This document shows, one piece after another, positions 47,412 through 57,199 of a DNA stretch of 64,000 nt. The position numbers and the translations under genes were made by a program. This stretch comes from Candidatus Curtissbacteria bacterium RIFCSPLOWO2_02_41_11. GTDB lineage: Bacteria > Patescibacteriota > Microgenomatia > Curtissbacterales > GWA2-41-24. The stretch is taken from assembly GCA_001775055.1 (NCBI GenBank), contig MFBU01000015.1, forward strand, positions 4,487 to 68,486, written 5' to 3'. Within the stretch, counting starts at the first letter, position 1. Every line of letters starts with the position of its first letter. The notes beneath the pieces are model-generated. The model was not told the DNA's origin, did no database searches, and was given only the letters and a program-made list of their open reading frames with translations.

Positions 47412-47436
47412 TGGGGAACAAAATTAAACGATCGTT

Positions 47437-47464
47437 AAAAAATGTACCCTCTCATAAGAAGGGT
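47437..47464 (-). terminator. intrinsic terminator candidate after glyQS (hairpin ACCCTTCTTATGAGAGGGT + ACATTTTTT on coding strand)
   Basis: A 5-bp GC-containing stem is followed by a U-run immediately downstream of the glyQS stop. Confidence 0.45.
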
Positions 47465-47486
47465 TGTCAGACTTAGCTTAATTAAA

Positions 47487-48788
47487 TTAGGAAAATTTTT
47501 CCTCTAAGGTTTTAGCAAGTTTATCGATTTTGACTCTTTCCTGCTTCGTTGTATCACGATCGCGGATGGTAACTGTGTCATCTTCAAGAGTCTGGAAGTC
47601 GATGGTGATGCAGAATGGAGTACCGATTTCGTCTTGTGCATAGTAGCGCTTGCCGATATTGCCGCGATCGTCCCAAGCAACAGGAAGTAGTTGGTAGTTG
47701 GTAGTAAGTAGTTGGTAGATTGAACGGGCTTTTTTGACCAGATCGGGTTTGTTGGCAAGAAGCGGGAAAACGGCAATTTTAACCGGTGCCAGTTTCGGAT
47801 GAAGTTTTAAGACAATCCGATCCTTTTCCTCATGATAGGCATCAATTAAAAATGCGGTCATGGCTCTGCCTACTCCAACCGATGGTTCTATCACATACGG
47901 CACCATTTTTTTGCCTTTTTCCTCATCAAAATATGATAAATCTTGGCCACTTGCTTTGGCGTGGGCCGTAAGATCAAAGTCTGTACGATTGGCTATTCCC
48001 TCCAACTCCCCCCACTCCATGAAGGGCCAGTTGTATTCTATATCCACCGATCGAGTTGCATAATGGGCTCTTTCTGTTTCTTTGTGCTCGCGAAAGCGCA
48101 AATTTTGTTTCTTGATTCCCAGACTTATAAACCAATTCATTCTCTCCTTTTGCCAATAATCGAAGTCTTTTTCGGATTGATCTTTAAAGATAAAGTACTC
48201 CAATTCCATCATTTCAAATTCACGAACTCTGAATAAGAAATTGCCGGTGGTAATTTCGTTTCGAAAGCCTTTGCCGATTTGGGCAATTCCGAAAGGGAGT
48301 TTGACTCGCATGGTATCAACAACATTTCTGAAGTTGACAAAAATTCCTTGGGCAGTTTCCGGCCGCAGATAAGTTTCGGATGCTTTGTCTTCAACTGGAC
48401 CGATGTGAGTTTTGAACATTAGATTGAACATTTGTGGCTTTGTCCAGTTATTTTTGCCACAATTTGGGCACTTTTTATCTTTCGGCAAAATATCTTCCCG
48501 GAAACGCAAATGGCAATTTTTGCACTCAGTAAGAGGATCGGCAAAACTTTCGACATGACCGGAAGTCTGCCAAACCTTTTGATTCATTAAAATGCTGCTA
48601 TCTAAACCAACAATGTTGTCGCGTTTTCTGACAATGTTTTCCCACCAAGCAGTCTTGATATTGCCGGCGAGTTCAACCCCAAGTGGTCCTAAATCGTAGA
48701 TGCCACCAATACCGCCATAGATTTCGGATCCTGGAAAAACAAAGCCGCGACGCTTAGTTAGAGAAACTATTTTTTCAAGAGTTGTCAT
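47487..48788 (-). CDS. glyQS: glycyl-tRNA synthetase, dimeric alpha2 type
   Basis: The N-terminus is KRRGFVFPGSEIYGGIGGIYDLGPLG. Class-II motifs are present, as is a C-terminal anticodon-binding domain. Confidence 0.85.
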   Translation of the reverse strand: MTTLEKIVSLTKRRGFVFPGSEIYGGIGGIYDLGPLGVELAGNIKTAWWENIVRKRDNIVGLDSSILMNQKVWQTSGHVESFADPLTECKNCHLRFREDILPKDKKCPNCGKNNWTKPQMFNLMFKTHIGPVEDKASETYLRPETAQGIFVNFRNVVDTMRVKLPFGIAQIGKGFRNEITTGNFLFRVREFEMMELEYFIFKDQSEKDFDYWQKERMNWFISLGIKKQNLRFREHKETERAHYATRSVDIEYNWPFMEWGELEGIANRTDFDLTAHAKASGQDLSYFDEEKGKKMVPYVIEPSVGVGRAMTAFLIDAYHEEKDRIVLKLHPKLAPVKIAVFPLLANKPDLVKKARSIYQLLTTNYQLLPVAWDDRGNIGKRYYAQDEIGTPFCITIDFQTLEDDTVTIRDRDTTKQERVKIDKLAKTLEEKFS

Positions 48789-49657
48789 TTTGAAGAAACA
48801 ACTACAAAAGTTGCAAAGGAGTTAACTTTGGCAGAAACGGTCTTGGAGTTTGCATCGTAACTTGAGTCAAGTTTAGTCCATTTGGAATCGGTATGATTAT
48901 AGCTATAGAGTTGGAAACTTTTGGCGTCTTGGGTAAATTTAATTAAAAGATCAGCAGACTTTGTAAACTGGGGGGCGACAGAAAAAGAGCCATAAACCGG
49001 GAAGACTACATTGGCAATATCGAATTGGCCGTTTGCCGGCGCGCCAACAGTATCTGAAATAATCACAAAATAATTTTTACCCAAGGGGGGAACTGTCAAT
49101 TGGAAGTTATCTGACCTGTCTTTAAAAGTTGTTGAGCTTGTTGCCGATTGCTCAAGGTCCCAATTCGTTTCTGACTGATATTCGGTTTCCCCTTTAAATA
49201 AATGCATTGTCAGTATGCCGTCAGTAACACCCTTATCAGGACTTCTTGTTCCCTTTGATGCCGTTCCCAAAAGAATTGACTTTTTGTACTTTTGTTCCTT
49301 GGTATTAACATCCGTACCTGTTGAACCACGCTGAATTTTTTCACCGGCAATCTGCGGATTATCGGCCAAATAAGTTAGTTCATATTCAATTCGGTCAAAA
49401 GATGACATGTTTTCAATGGAAATTAAAATCTCCGCACCGTCTGAAGTTGGCGTTAATGTCACAAAAGGCCGTTTGTTAAGATCGATTTCACTAAGCTCTT
49501 TGACCTCACCGGAAACTTCTTGGGGTTTAACTGTTTTTGGCCCTTTTTGAAAAATAAAAAGGAAATAGACTGCAACCACTATTGCAATAAATGCAACAGC
49601 GGCAATGAGGTAAATGTTTCGTTTAGCTGGATCCATATGATCACCCCATCGAGTCAA
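48785..49657 (-). CDS. hypothetical membrane-anchored extracytoplasmic protein
   Basis: It has an N-terminal TM (IYLIAAVAFIAIVVAVYFLFIF) and a Ser/Thr-rich body. Confidence 0.45.
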   Translation of the reverse strand: MTRWGDHMDPAKRNIYLIAAVAFIAIVVAVYFLFIFQKGPKTVKPQEVSGEVKELSEIDLNKRPFVTLTPTSDGAEILISIENMSSFDRIEYELTYLADNPQIAGEKIQRGSTGTDVNTKEQKYKKSILLGTASKGTRSPDKGVTDGILTMHLFKGETEYQSETNWDLEQSATSSTTFKDRSDNFQLTVPPLGKNYFVIISDTVGAPANGQFDIANVVFPVYGSFSVAPQFTKSADLLIKFTQDAKSFQLYSYNHTDSKWTKLDSSYDANSKTVSAKVNSFATFVVVSSK

Positions 49658-49682
49658 GCTCGATAGGAACCCCGATAAAAAG

Positions 49683-50309
49683 TTACCTTAAAAACCTCGA
49701 GGTCTTTAATTTTGTTTGTGTCAGGTTTTCAATCATGCTATCAAGAAATGATAAAAGTTTCAAATAGGCGGATTCTTTAAAATTAAACTTCTCCTTAATG
49801 ATATCAAAATCTTCATTTTCGATAGTTACGAAGATACTTTTAGCCACAGAATCTTTGAGGTTTTTAGCACTGAAAAAGCCGAGAGTTGACAAAAGTTTTA
49901 CTTTAAAAACCAAAGAGACTAAATTGAAATCTTCACCAGTTGCAATTTTTTTAAGAAACCTAACTAAAAGTATAAAAACGCCGGGATTTTTTTGTTTTAT
50001 TTCGGTAAGGCTTTCAACAAGCTCCAAAAGATGATAAATTTTATTGGCTTTAGTGGCAGTAAAATCAGTAATGCCGAATGCCTTTTTGGTTTCAACTTCC
50101 GTTAACAGATCAATATTCTTGCCGCGTGCTATAAATAATTTGCACCAGTTACCGATTTCGACATGACCGCCTTTCCGGGATTTTGGCCGACGGACTCCTT
50201 TGGCCAATGCGGTAAGTTTCCCGTGATCGCGAGTAAAAATGGTCAGGATTCTATCAGCCTCGCCAAAGTTGCGGCGAGATAGCACTACTCCTTCGGTGCG
50301 AAAATACAT
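49683..50309 (-). CDS. recO: DNA repair protein RecO (short form)
   Basis: It has an N-terminal OB-fold pattern (MYFRTEGVVLSRRNFGEADRILTIFTRDHGKLTALAKGVRR). Confidence 0.6.
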   Translation of the reverse strand: MYFRTEGVVLSRRNFGEADRILTIFTRDHGKLTALAKGVRRPKSRKGGHVEIGNWCKLFIARGKNIDLLTEVETKKAFGITDFTATKANKIYHLLELVESLTEIKQKNPGVFILLVRFLKKIATGEDFNLVSLVFKVKLLSTLGFFSAKNLKDSVAKSIFVTIENEDFDIIKEKFNFKESAYLKLLSFLDSMIENLTQTKLKTSRFLR

Positions 50310-50464
50310 GCAACTCTAGTATCGAGTATTAAGTATTTAGTATCAAGCATTTGAGAAGATTAAATTTGGCGATATCAGCAGTTCGCCATTTGTCAAACGC
50401 AGGGCGCTCCTCTGCTAAATCATGCAATGATTTATATCAGACAAAGTGCTGATATATTTTTATG

Positions 50465-52291
50465 CTAAAGCTTAAAAATTAACTCTTTATCGGTTTCGAG
50501 AGGAAAGGCTTTTTGTTTTTTACCAAAGGCTTCGACTTCGTAGGTATGGCCTTTGACACCCGGCTGTTTTTGGATGAGAAGTTTGTACTGGTCATTAACC
50601 TTGACGGGAACAGTATATTCAAGCTCAATTTTGGCGGTGCCTTCAGGTCTAATTGTAAAGAAACCTTCAAAAACTGTTTTGCCAAGATCTTCACCTGCCG
50701 TGATTGGTACCTCGGTACCTGATGATTTAACCAGTTTGGAGCCTTTGGGGACATAAATCCTGATCCAGTCTCGATAAATTCCAGCAAGACACAAGCCTCC
50801 TATTCGCTCAAGGCTGCAATTATCACCGCGTCTTGGATACTTATATTCAATGGTGACTTTTTTGGCAAGATTGCCGTCTTTATCTTCTTTAACCACTTGC
50901 TTAACTTTTTCCTGAATGTAGAGATTGGATTTAGCTCCGGCAAAATTAGTTTCGTTGATGTGTAAATAGTCACCATCATACTCACTGAGACGACCAGCGA
51001 AGTTTAACTTCTCAACCGCTTGCTGACTCGAGCTGCTATGGAAATAAAGAAGTAAATGTTTTTCTCTTAAAGCGGTAATGGTGGTACCTAGTAAATTGGG
51101 CCAGGTTGATTTGGGGGCATTGAAAGCTTTATCCATCATTTGTTGCATTAAAACTCCAATAATATCTTTTCGGGAGCCTTTTTCATAAGCGACTGGTTGA
51201 TCAGCAAATTTCTCCAGTTCGTAGATAATTTGTGGACAAGCACAATCTTCAACCTCATCGGTGGTGAATTTGCTGCCATAAGCATCGATTGGTCCTAAAA
51301 CTTTCATCATCGAAAGGACAAATTCAGTATCAAGAGCAATAATCCCATCAATTTCTTTATTAGCTTGAGTGGCATCATAAAGTTGTTCAAATTGTTTCAT
51401 CGAAACTAAATAATCAGGAGACAGATTCGAATCTCGAAGATTCAAGCTTGAAACATTAGGTAAATATTTGACGATAGGCTCCGGAGCCGGTACGCGTTTT
51501 AGCAAAGTATCGTCAAGACGATAAATATCTTCCGAACCTTCGGAGGCGATAACTCCTTTTTGGACCCTAAAAACAGCATAAGCGGTTATAAAACCGCCTG
51601 TCGGTCTAAGTTCTTTGTCATTTTGGAACAGAATTAAGTATTTCTTCTCAGTACTTTGGCCCATAATTTCCGGTAAAACCAAAAGCAGCGGCTTGGTGTC
51701 AACAATAAATGATTCCAATTGATCAATGGAATTTTTAATATTTTTAATTTTTGATCCTGGCTTTGCGGGCAGGAAATCGGGATAACGCCATGACTGAATT
51801 TGATCAACTTGACTGCGAGCCTTTTTAAGGCTTTCACCGACCGCATCAATCTGAGGTGTAACTTTTGATAAAGTTTCAATAGCTTTAGCTAGTCTTTCTT
51901 GAGCAGTACCACCCAAAAACGTCCCTTGGCCTTTCAGGCCTAAGACGTCCGCGTATGGCGTAATTGCCTCGGTAAAGGTACTGGCAGCCTCAAGACCGTA
52001 AATTGCTCCGTCAATGCCTCTTTGAATATCGGCAACATACCAGCCAAAAAAGGGAATTATTCTTAGTGGCGTAAAAACCAATATCGACTTTTTGGCAGAC
52101 TGAAACTCGCGCTTAGCATCTTTCAGATAGGCCTTGGTAGCATCAAGATCCTGAAGTTTGGCAGCCCCGACAGCTTTGTTAGTTGTTCCAACGGCTTTTT
52201 TAACTGATAAAACAGTTTTTGTTGCCAGCAGTCCAAGAATTACGATTAAAATGATTAAGATTAGAACGATCCGCCTTTTCATAATTTTCAA
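50465..52291 (-). CDS. hypothetical membrane-anchored extracellular protein (608 aa; DUF4012-like?)
   Basis: An N-terminal TM is followed by a large soluble domain. It is adjacent to the polysaccharide locus. Confidence 0.45.
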   Translation of the reverse strand: MKIMKRRIVLILIILIVILGLLATKTVLSVKKAVGTTNKAVGAAKLQDLDATKAYLKDAKREFQSAKKSILVFTPLRIIPFFGWYVADIQRGIDGAIYGLEAASTFTEAITPYADVLGLKGQGTFLGGTAQERLAKAIETLSKVTPQIDAVGESLKKARSQVDQIQSWRYPDFLPAKPGSKIKNIKNSIDQLESFIVDTKPLLLVLPEIMGQSTEKKYLILFQNDKELRPTGGFITAYAVFRVQKGVIASEGSEDIYRLDDTLLKRVPAPEPIVKYLPNVSSLNLRDSNLSPDYLVSMKQFEQLYDATQANKEIDGIIALDTEFVLSMMKVLGPIDAYGSKFTTDEVEDCACPQIIYELEKFADQPVAYEKGSRKDIIGVLMQQMMDKAFNAPKSTWPNLLGTTITALREKHLLLYFHSSSSQQAVEKLNFAGRLSEYDGDYLHINETNFAGAKSNLYIQEKVKQVVKEDKDGNLAKKVTIEYKYPRRGDNCSLERIGGLCLAGIYRDWIRIYVPKGSKLVKSSGTEVPITAGEDLGKTVFEGFFTIRPEGTAKIELEYTVPVKVNDQYKLLIQKQPGVKGHTYEVEAFGKKQKAFPLETDKELIFKL

Positions 52292-52347
52292 TTTTCAGTT
52301 TTCCCCGCTTCGCCAAGGCTTCGCAGGACGAGCAATTTTCAATTGAT

Positions 52348-52998
52348 TTAAATTGCTCCTTGAGTAGAAATCATCACAAACGGGGTTTTGATAATTATCC
52401 ATAGATCGTAAATAATTGAACGCCTTTTTATATACTTAGCATCCATTTCTACCCTCTTGTCGAAATTGATAAATGACCTGCCGGAAACTTGCCATGGACC
52501 AGAGGCGCCGGGTCTGGCTTTTGAAATAATTTTAACGTATTTGCGACTCGCCGGATAGACCTTCTGCTGGTGAATAAGCTCATCGTTCTGATAAGCTCTT
52601 GGTCCGACAAGTGACATATCTCCAATTAAAACATTAACAAGCTGCGGCAGCTCATCAAGGGAAAATTTTCTCAAGATTTTGCCAATTGGTGTAATTCTGG
52701 GATCGCGTGTCAATTTAAAACTGTTTTTTTGATACTGCCGCAAAAGTTTCGGATGACTTTCCAAATATTTTTCAGCATGAACAAGTTTGCCTTTTATTTT
52801 ATACATGTGCATACTTCTGAATTTAAGCATATTAAAAAGCTTACCTTCTTTGCCGACTCGCTCCGGCATGTAAAAAATCGGGCCGGTGGATGTCAATTTG
52901 ATAAGCATAGTAAGCAAAATCATTATTGGTGAAAAAATTACGAGAGCTACTAGGCTACCAAAAATATCAATAGTTCTCTTTGTAAGATCGTAAAACAT
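52348..52998 (-). CDS. polyprenyl-phosphate sugar phosphotransferase (PglC/WbaP C-terminal-type 'bacterial sugar transferase')
   Basis: The motifs are TKRTIDIFGS, KFRSM, DELPQL and MSLVGPR. Confidence 0.8.
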   Translation of the reverse strand: MFYDLTKRTIDIFGSLVALVIFSPIMILLTMLIKLTSTGPIFYMPERVGKEGKLFNMLKFRSMHMYKIKGKLVHAEKYLESHPKLLRQYQKNSFKLTRDPRITPIGKILRKFSLDELPQLVNVLIGDMSLVGPRAYQNDELIHQQKVYPASRKYVKIISKARPGASGPWQVSGRSFINFDKRVEMDAKYIKRRSIIYDLWIIIKTPFVMISTQGAI

Positions 52999-53102
52999 AT
53001 CCTGAAAATTTCTAATGACTAATTAGACTAATTGACCTAAATTTGGGTAATTGCGACATTGGGATTTGTTTAGAAATTAGAATAATTAGAAATTAGGTTA
53101 AT

Positions 53103-54209
53103 TTACAAGTATTTGTCTTTTTTGGCTTCTTTTAACTTCTCAATAATTTTTTTAACATCGGCGACTCTATCTTTTTGGCAGACTAAAAGAGCATCCGGTG
53201 TATCAACAACTATTAGATCTTCCAAGCCGATCGTGGCCATAACCTTATTTTCACTCGTGTTGTATAACAGAGAGTTTTTACTTCCTTCGTCATAAACGTC
53301 TCCTTGAATAACATTGCCTTTCCCATTTTCAGCAAGTTCATCTTTTAAAATATTCCAAGCTCCTACATCTGACCAACCAAGATCTGCTGAAAGTACCACA
53401 ATTTCAGATGGATCGATTTTTTCGAATATTACGTAATCGACCATGACCTTTTCAAAAGTTGGGTAGACTTTGCGAACTACCTCATCTTGTTTATCTGTCC
53501 CCCATGCTTTTTGGATTTTGACAAGCCCTCCATAAATTTGGGGCGCGTGTGATTTGTAAAATAACATCATTTTTGATGCTCTCCAAACTTTGTACCCAGC
53601 ATGCCAGAGATATTCCCAACTTTGTAAGAATTTTTTAGCTGTTTTTAAATCCGGCTTTTCTATATGGCTTTCGAACTGAAAAATGGTAAGACCATCAAAT
53701 TTTTTAATCATTTTGCCAACTTTTATGTAACCTACGTGAATATTTGGGTACGTTGGATTAACGTCAACCGAAACCATTTTGTCAGTTTCTGCACAATAAT
53801 CTCGAGCAACTTTAAGAGCTTTAATGAATTCATCATCATTTTTAATCAGATGGTCTGCTGCCCAAAGTGAAGCGACAATAGGATCACCAAATTTTTTCTC
53901 CAAAACTGCTGCTGCATAACCTACAGCCGCAGCAGTATCGCGCATTTCAGGTTCGATGATTACATTTTCAAGTGGGAGATCCGGCTCCTGTTGCAAAACC
54001 AGACCAACGTATTGACGACCGGTAACAACAAAAACATCTTTTATTGGAAAACCCTTTTTTATTCTCCTAACAGCGCCCTGGAACATAGACTCGTTACCAA
54101 CAAGTGCTTGAAATTGTTTGGGTTTATCTTTACGACTCGCTGGCCACATTCTGGTGCCGCTGCCACCGCAAAACAGTGCAATTTTTAAATTACTTTCTTC
54201 TTTCACCAT
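53103..54209 (-). CDS. mannose-1-phosphate guanylyltransferase-like sugar nucleotidyltransferase
   Basis: The N-terminal motif is ALFCGGSGTRMWPASRKDKPKQF. Confidence 0.7.
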   Translation of the reverse strand: MVKEESNLKIALFCGGSGTRMWPASRKDKPKQFQALVGNESMFQGAVRRIKKGFPIKDVFVVTGRQYVGLVLQQEPDLPLENVIIEPEMRDTAAAVGYAAAVLEKKFGDPIVASLWAADHLIKNDDEFIKALKVARDYCAETDKMVSVDVNPTYPNIHVGYIKVGKMIKKFDGLTIFQFESHIEKPDLKTAKKFLQSWEYLWHAGYKVWRASKMMLFYKSHAPQIYGGLVKIQKAWGTDKQDEVVRKVYPTFEKVMVDYVIFEKIDPSEIVVLSADLGWSDVGAWNILKDELAENGKGNVIQGDVYDEGSKNSLLYNTSENKVMATIGLEDLIVVDTPDALLVCQKDRVADVKKIIEKLKEAKKDKYL

Positions 54210-55329
54210 ATGATGCCACTTTCTCTCTCAACTGTCTGACAAAATTAACTCTTGAAAATCTTAAGGCATTTTGCCGACAGGTGTGACTTTTCCATTTTAC
54301 CTTAGTTTGTCTGTTAATTGCATCTTGAATAGACATGGGAGATTGATTGTTAAACAAGATGCCGGTTTTACCATTTTCAATAATCTCTGAAACTCCGCTT
54401 GTTTGATAAGCAATAACCGGTACGCCGCATGCCCCAGCTTCAACTGCCGCAATACCAAAATCCTCCTGTTGGGTAACAATTAGCCCACGGGAATTTTGAT
54501 AGAGCTCGCGAAGTTTCTCTTTAGTAACTTTACCGAGAAACTCAATTTTGTAGTTGGTAGTTGGTAGTTGGTAGTTGGTAGTTAATTTCTTGAGTCTGGT
54601 CTTATCCAGACCTGTTCCCACAATCTTGAGATTAAAATTAAGGTTTTGGGTGGCTCGAATAGCAATATCGATTTTTTTCCATTTAACTAATCGTGAGACT
54701 ACCAGATAATAATTTTGGCTTTTAAGTCTCCAATTGTGAACTTTGGCGATCTTGAAAAAGTTTAAATCCGCAAATGGGTAAATTACATCTGATTGATAAC
54801 CGTAGTGTTTTTTAAGATTTTGGGCGATATTTTGGGAATTGGCAATGTAATGATCGACTCGAGATGACGAGGCCAGATCCCATTTCTTAAGCCAGGCCAA
54901 AAATGGTTTCAGGATTAATCTGAGAATTGGCGGTAAATAATCTCTCTGGACTTTTTCATTCCACAAAAATCTCGGGAGACTATTAAGATAGCATATGTGG
55001 ACAGTTTTTGGTTTAGTGATTATTGATTTGGCAAAACGGGTAGTTGAGGAGATAACAATATCAAATTCATCAAAATTAAAACTTTCAAAGGCTAAAGGAT
55101 ATAGAGGTAAAAGGACTTTGTAGAACTTGGTCGCTAAGGGGATTTTTTGGATGAATGAGGGTCGGACCCTATTTCTGTTTATTGTGGCGGGCAATTTATT
55201 CCAGTCAACAACTGATGTGTAGATCGGGGCATCCGGCCAAATTGAAGCAATGGTCGCAAACAAACTTTCCGCTCCTCCAGCTTGCACGAAGTCATCGTGT
55301 ACTAACGCTATTTTAGGTTGATAGGACAT
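54190..55329 (-). CDS. glycosyltransferase family 4
   Basis: It has a GT4 C-terminal domain (EDFGIAAVEAGACGVPVIA). It contains a GGTAGTT heptamer tract. Confidence 0.7.
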   Translation of the reverse strand: MSYQPKIALVHDDFVQAGGAESLFATIASIWPDAPIYTSVVDWNKLPATINRNRVRPSFIQKIPLATKFYKVLLPLYPLAFESFNFDEFDIVISSTTRFAKSIITKPKTVHICYLNSLPRFLWNEKVQRDYLPPILRLILKPFLAWLKKWDLASSSRVDHYIANSQNIAQNLKKHYGYQSDVIYPFADLNFFKIAKVHNWRLKSQNYYLVVSRLVKWKKIDIAIRATQNLNFNLKIVGTGLDKTRLKKLTTNYQLPTTNYKIEFLGKVTKEKLRELYQNSRGLIVTQQEDFGIAAVEAGACGVPVIAYQTSGVSEIIENGKTGILFNNQSPMSIQDAINRQTKVKWKSHTCRQNALRFSRVNFVRQLREKVASYGERRK

Positions 55330-55416
55330 TATAATCGACTAATTTTGAACTGTAATTTCTGTAAAAATGATGGGTTAATTATAGCAGTGAAATTTATTTG
55401 ATGTATAATATATTCT

Positions 55417-55614
55417 ATGGCTATAGACTGGACAAAGATATTCAAAAAGTATAAGGGAATGTGGGTAGCGCTGAAAGATGATGAAAAAACTGTTGTGGCT
55501 AGTGGAAAAACAGCCAAAGAGGCTTGGGAAAAAGCTCAAAAAAAAGGCTTCAGAAAACCTATTCTAACCCGTATGCCCGCAAAGATAATTCCTTATGTGG
55601 GTTTCGGGCTATGA
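55417..55614 (+). CDS. small hypothetical protein (65 aa), translationally coupled to the downstream protease gene
   Basis: Its stop overlaps the next start (ATGA). Confidence 0.45.
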   Translation: MAIDWTKIFKKYKGMWVALKDDEKTVVASGKTAKEAWEKAQKKGFRKPILTRMPAKIIPYVGFGL

Positions 55615-56006
55615 AATTTAAATACAAGAAATATGGCCCGTACGTTCTTCGACCTGTAATCCCAGTAGAAATAATTTATAAAGATAAGTCTGTTCCATAT
55701 GAGGTACTAGTAGATTCTGGTTCTGACATTAATATTCTTGACGCTCAAATCGCTGGTGTTTTGGGTTTAAATTTATACGACGGTAAACAAGCTGAAGTTG
55801 CTGGTGTGACTGGTGTTGAAGAAGTTTTTTATGTGCATGAGCTTGGTATAAATGTTGGTGGGCATTTATTTGAGAAAATAGAAATAGGGTTTCTCGAGAA
55901 AATTGGGCAGTATGGATATGGAATTGTTGGTCAAAAAGGGTTCTTCGATATTTTTGTAGTGAAATTTGATTTGAAAAAAGAAGAGATTGAACTAAAACTT
56001 CGATAA
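55611..56006 (+). CDS. retropepsin-like (clan AA) aspartic protease
   Basis: The catalytic motif is LVDSGSDINIL (D-S-G). The size is 131 aa. The ORF track gives a longer frame from 55524. Confidence 0.5.
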   Translation: MKFKYKKYGPYVLRPVIPVEIIYKDKSVPYEVLVDSGSDINILDAQIAGVLGLNLYDGKQAEVAGVTGVEEVFYVHELGINVGGHLFEKIEIGFLEKIGQYGYGIVGQKGFFDIFVVKFDLKKEEIELKLR

Positions 56007-56162
56007 CTGCTCTTGGACCCTTGTAGTCAGAAGTTCGAATTCAATTTCTTGTCTTATCTTCTGCTTCGCTTTCGTGTCAGTTTGTTTCCATTTTTTATGA
56101 GGTTTGCAGAGTCCGCAAGTTGATTTTCTTCTGACCATAGGGAATAAGTATAACATGCTAAA

Positions 56163-56315
56163 ATGACTCCTATGGATAAATTACCTATTAAATATTTAAA
56201 ATGGGCTCAACGAGCCGGTGGTGCAGGATGGAATAAACATGTAAGTCCCTGGTTAAGAAGAAAAGCCAATAAAAGAATCAGGAGGCTTATTAAAGCTGAT
56301 CTTTACAACCAATAA
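56163..56315 (+). CDS. possible small basic protein (50 aa), unlisted ORF
   Basis: The product is MTPMDKLPIKYLKWAQRAGGAGWNKHVSPWLRRKANKRIRRLIKADLYNQ. Confidence 0.2.
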   Translation: MTPMDKLPIKYLKWAQRAGGAGWNKHVSPWLRRKANKRIRRLIKADLYNQ

Positions 56316-56385
56316 ACCGCCTGGAAGCCGAGGGTCTAAAACCAAAACTCCTGCAATTTTTTGTCGAGGATGGTTTTGGAATAAA

Positions 56386-56910
56386 TTAGAGTTTTGCTGG
56401 CTGAGTTAGATCTGAGAGGATTTCTGCAACTTTGTCAAAAACATCAGGCGTATCTTGATGTTTCCCAGTTTCATCTTCAACATGAACTCCACCATTTCTA
56501 AATTCTGTTATATTTTTGTTTTTATCTTCATCAAAACTCGTGGACAAGTGCACAGAAGATACTCTTTTAGGGTGATTTCGTTCGTTTCTTATTCTTGTAT
56601 CATATTTGTATATGGACATCCAGGCATCGACTGGCATATTTGGGCCACCGTCCGCATATCTAAGGGGTTCTGAACTATACCTAACTGAGTATCCATAGTC
56701 CCCCTTTACAAAGTAAACCCCGTAATTGCTCACAGATTGAGGAGAGTGATGTCGAAAACTTCTTGCAAAAAAATGTTTGACTACGGCAGAAGTAAATTCT
56801 GGTGAAGCTGACAAACTTCCAATAAGCCCGACCATAATCTCGTGAGCTCTTCTTCCGAGCTCCTGAGAAGATAAAGCTTCTGTTGATGTTCCTAGTTCTG
56901 CAACTGGCAT
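56386..56910 (-). CDS. hypothetical protein (174 aa)
   Basis: It is the first gene of a GC-richer orphan cluster. A leaderless promoter TTGACA-16-TATAAT-8-ATG is present. Confidence 0.5.
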   Translation of the reverse strand: MPVAELGTSTEALSSQELGRRAHEIMVGLIGSLSASPEFTSAVVKHFFARSFRHHSPQSVSNYGVYFVKGDYGYSVRYSSEPLRYADGGPNMPVDAWMSIYKYDTRIRNERNHPKRVSSVHLSTSFDEDKNKNITEFRNGGVHVEDETGKHQDTPDVFDKVAEILSDLTQPAKL

Positions 56911-56918
56911 GATGACGA

Positions 56919-56946
56919 ATTATAGCACTTTAGGCATAAATGTCAA
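56919..56946 (-). promoter_or_regulatory. sigma70-like promoter (TTGACA-N16-TATAAT) 8 nt from the ATG of the 56386..56910 gene
   Basis: It carries exact consensus hexamers. Confidence 0.5.
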
Positions 56947-56988
56947 GTCTATAGGTCTCAAACTTCTAAACCAACAATTTTTAGATTA

Positions 56989-57016
56989 TTGACAGAAAAG
57001 TTGTAAGTGGTAGTAT
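56989..57016 (+). promoter_or_regulatory. sigma70-like promoter (TTGACA-N16-TAGTAT), plus strand, copy 1 of repeated module
   Basis: A copy with nearly identical spacing lies at 58707..58734. Confidence 0.4.
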
Positions 57017-57022
57017 GGAATT

Positions 57023-57180
57023 GTCTTATCAGCACGCCCCAAACAAAAAACCTTCGAGATTGAAGTCGTCATGTACTAACGCAATCTTCACTCAATGAGT
57101 ATATCTCACACCTGTCATTGCGAGCGAAGCGAAGCAATCTTACTTCTTGTCATTCTGAACTTGTTTCAGAATCTATTTTT
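57023..57180 (+). ncRNA. candidate ~160-nt plus-strand transcript (promoter to TTCTGAA-loop-TTCAGAA hairpin + TCTATTTTT); antisense to a GT4 5'-end remnant
   Basis: The promoter is as above. The terminator-like hairpin lies at 57153-57180. Confidence 0.25.
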
Positions 57181-57199
57181 GTCGAGGATGATTTTAGGG

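Noticed and set aside
57023-57180. Protein-coding potential of the plus-strand transcripts downstream of the TTGACA-TAGTAT promoters
   Set aside because: Only M-Y-stop and M-D-E-G-Y-F-H-stop micro-ORFs are present. The conserved part is instead the antisense GT4 N-terminal remnant. It is kept only as a low-confidence ncRNA candidate.
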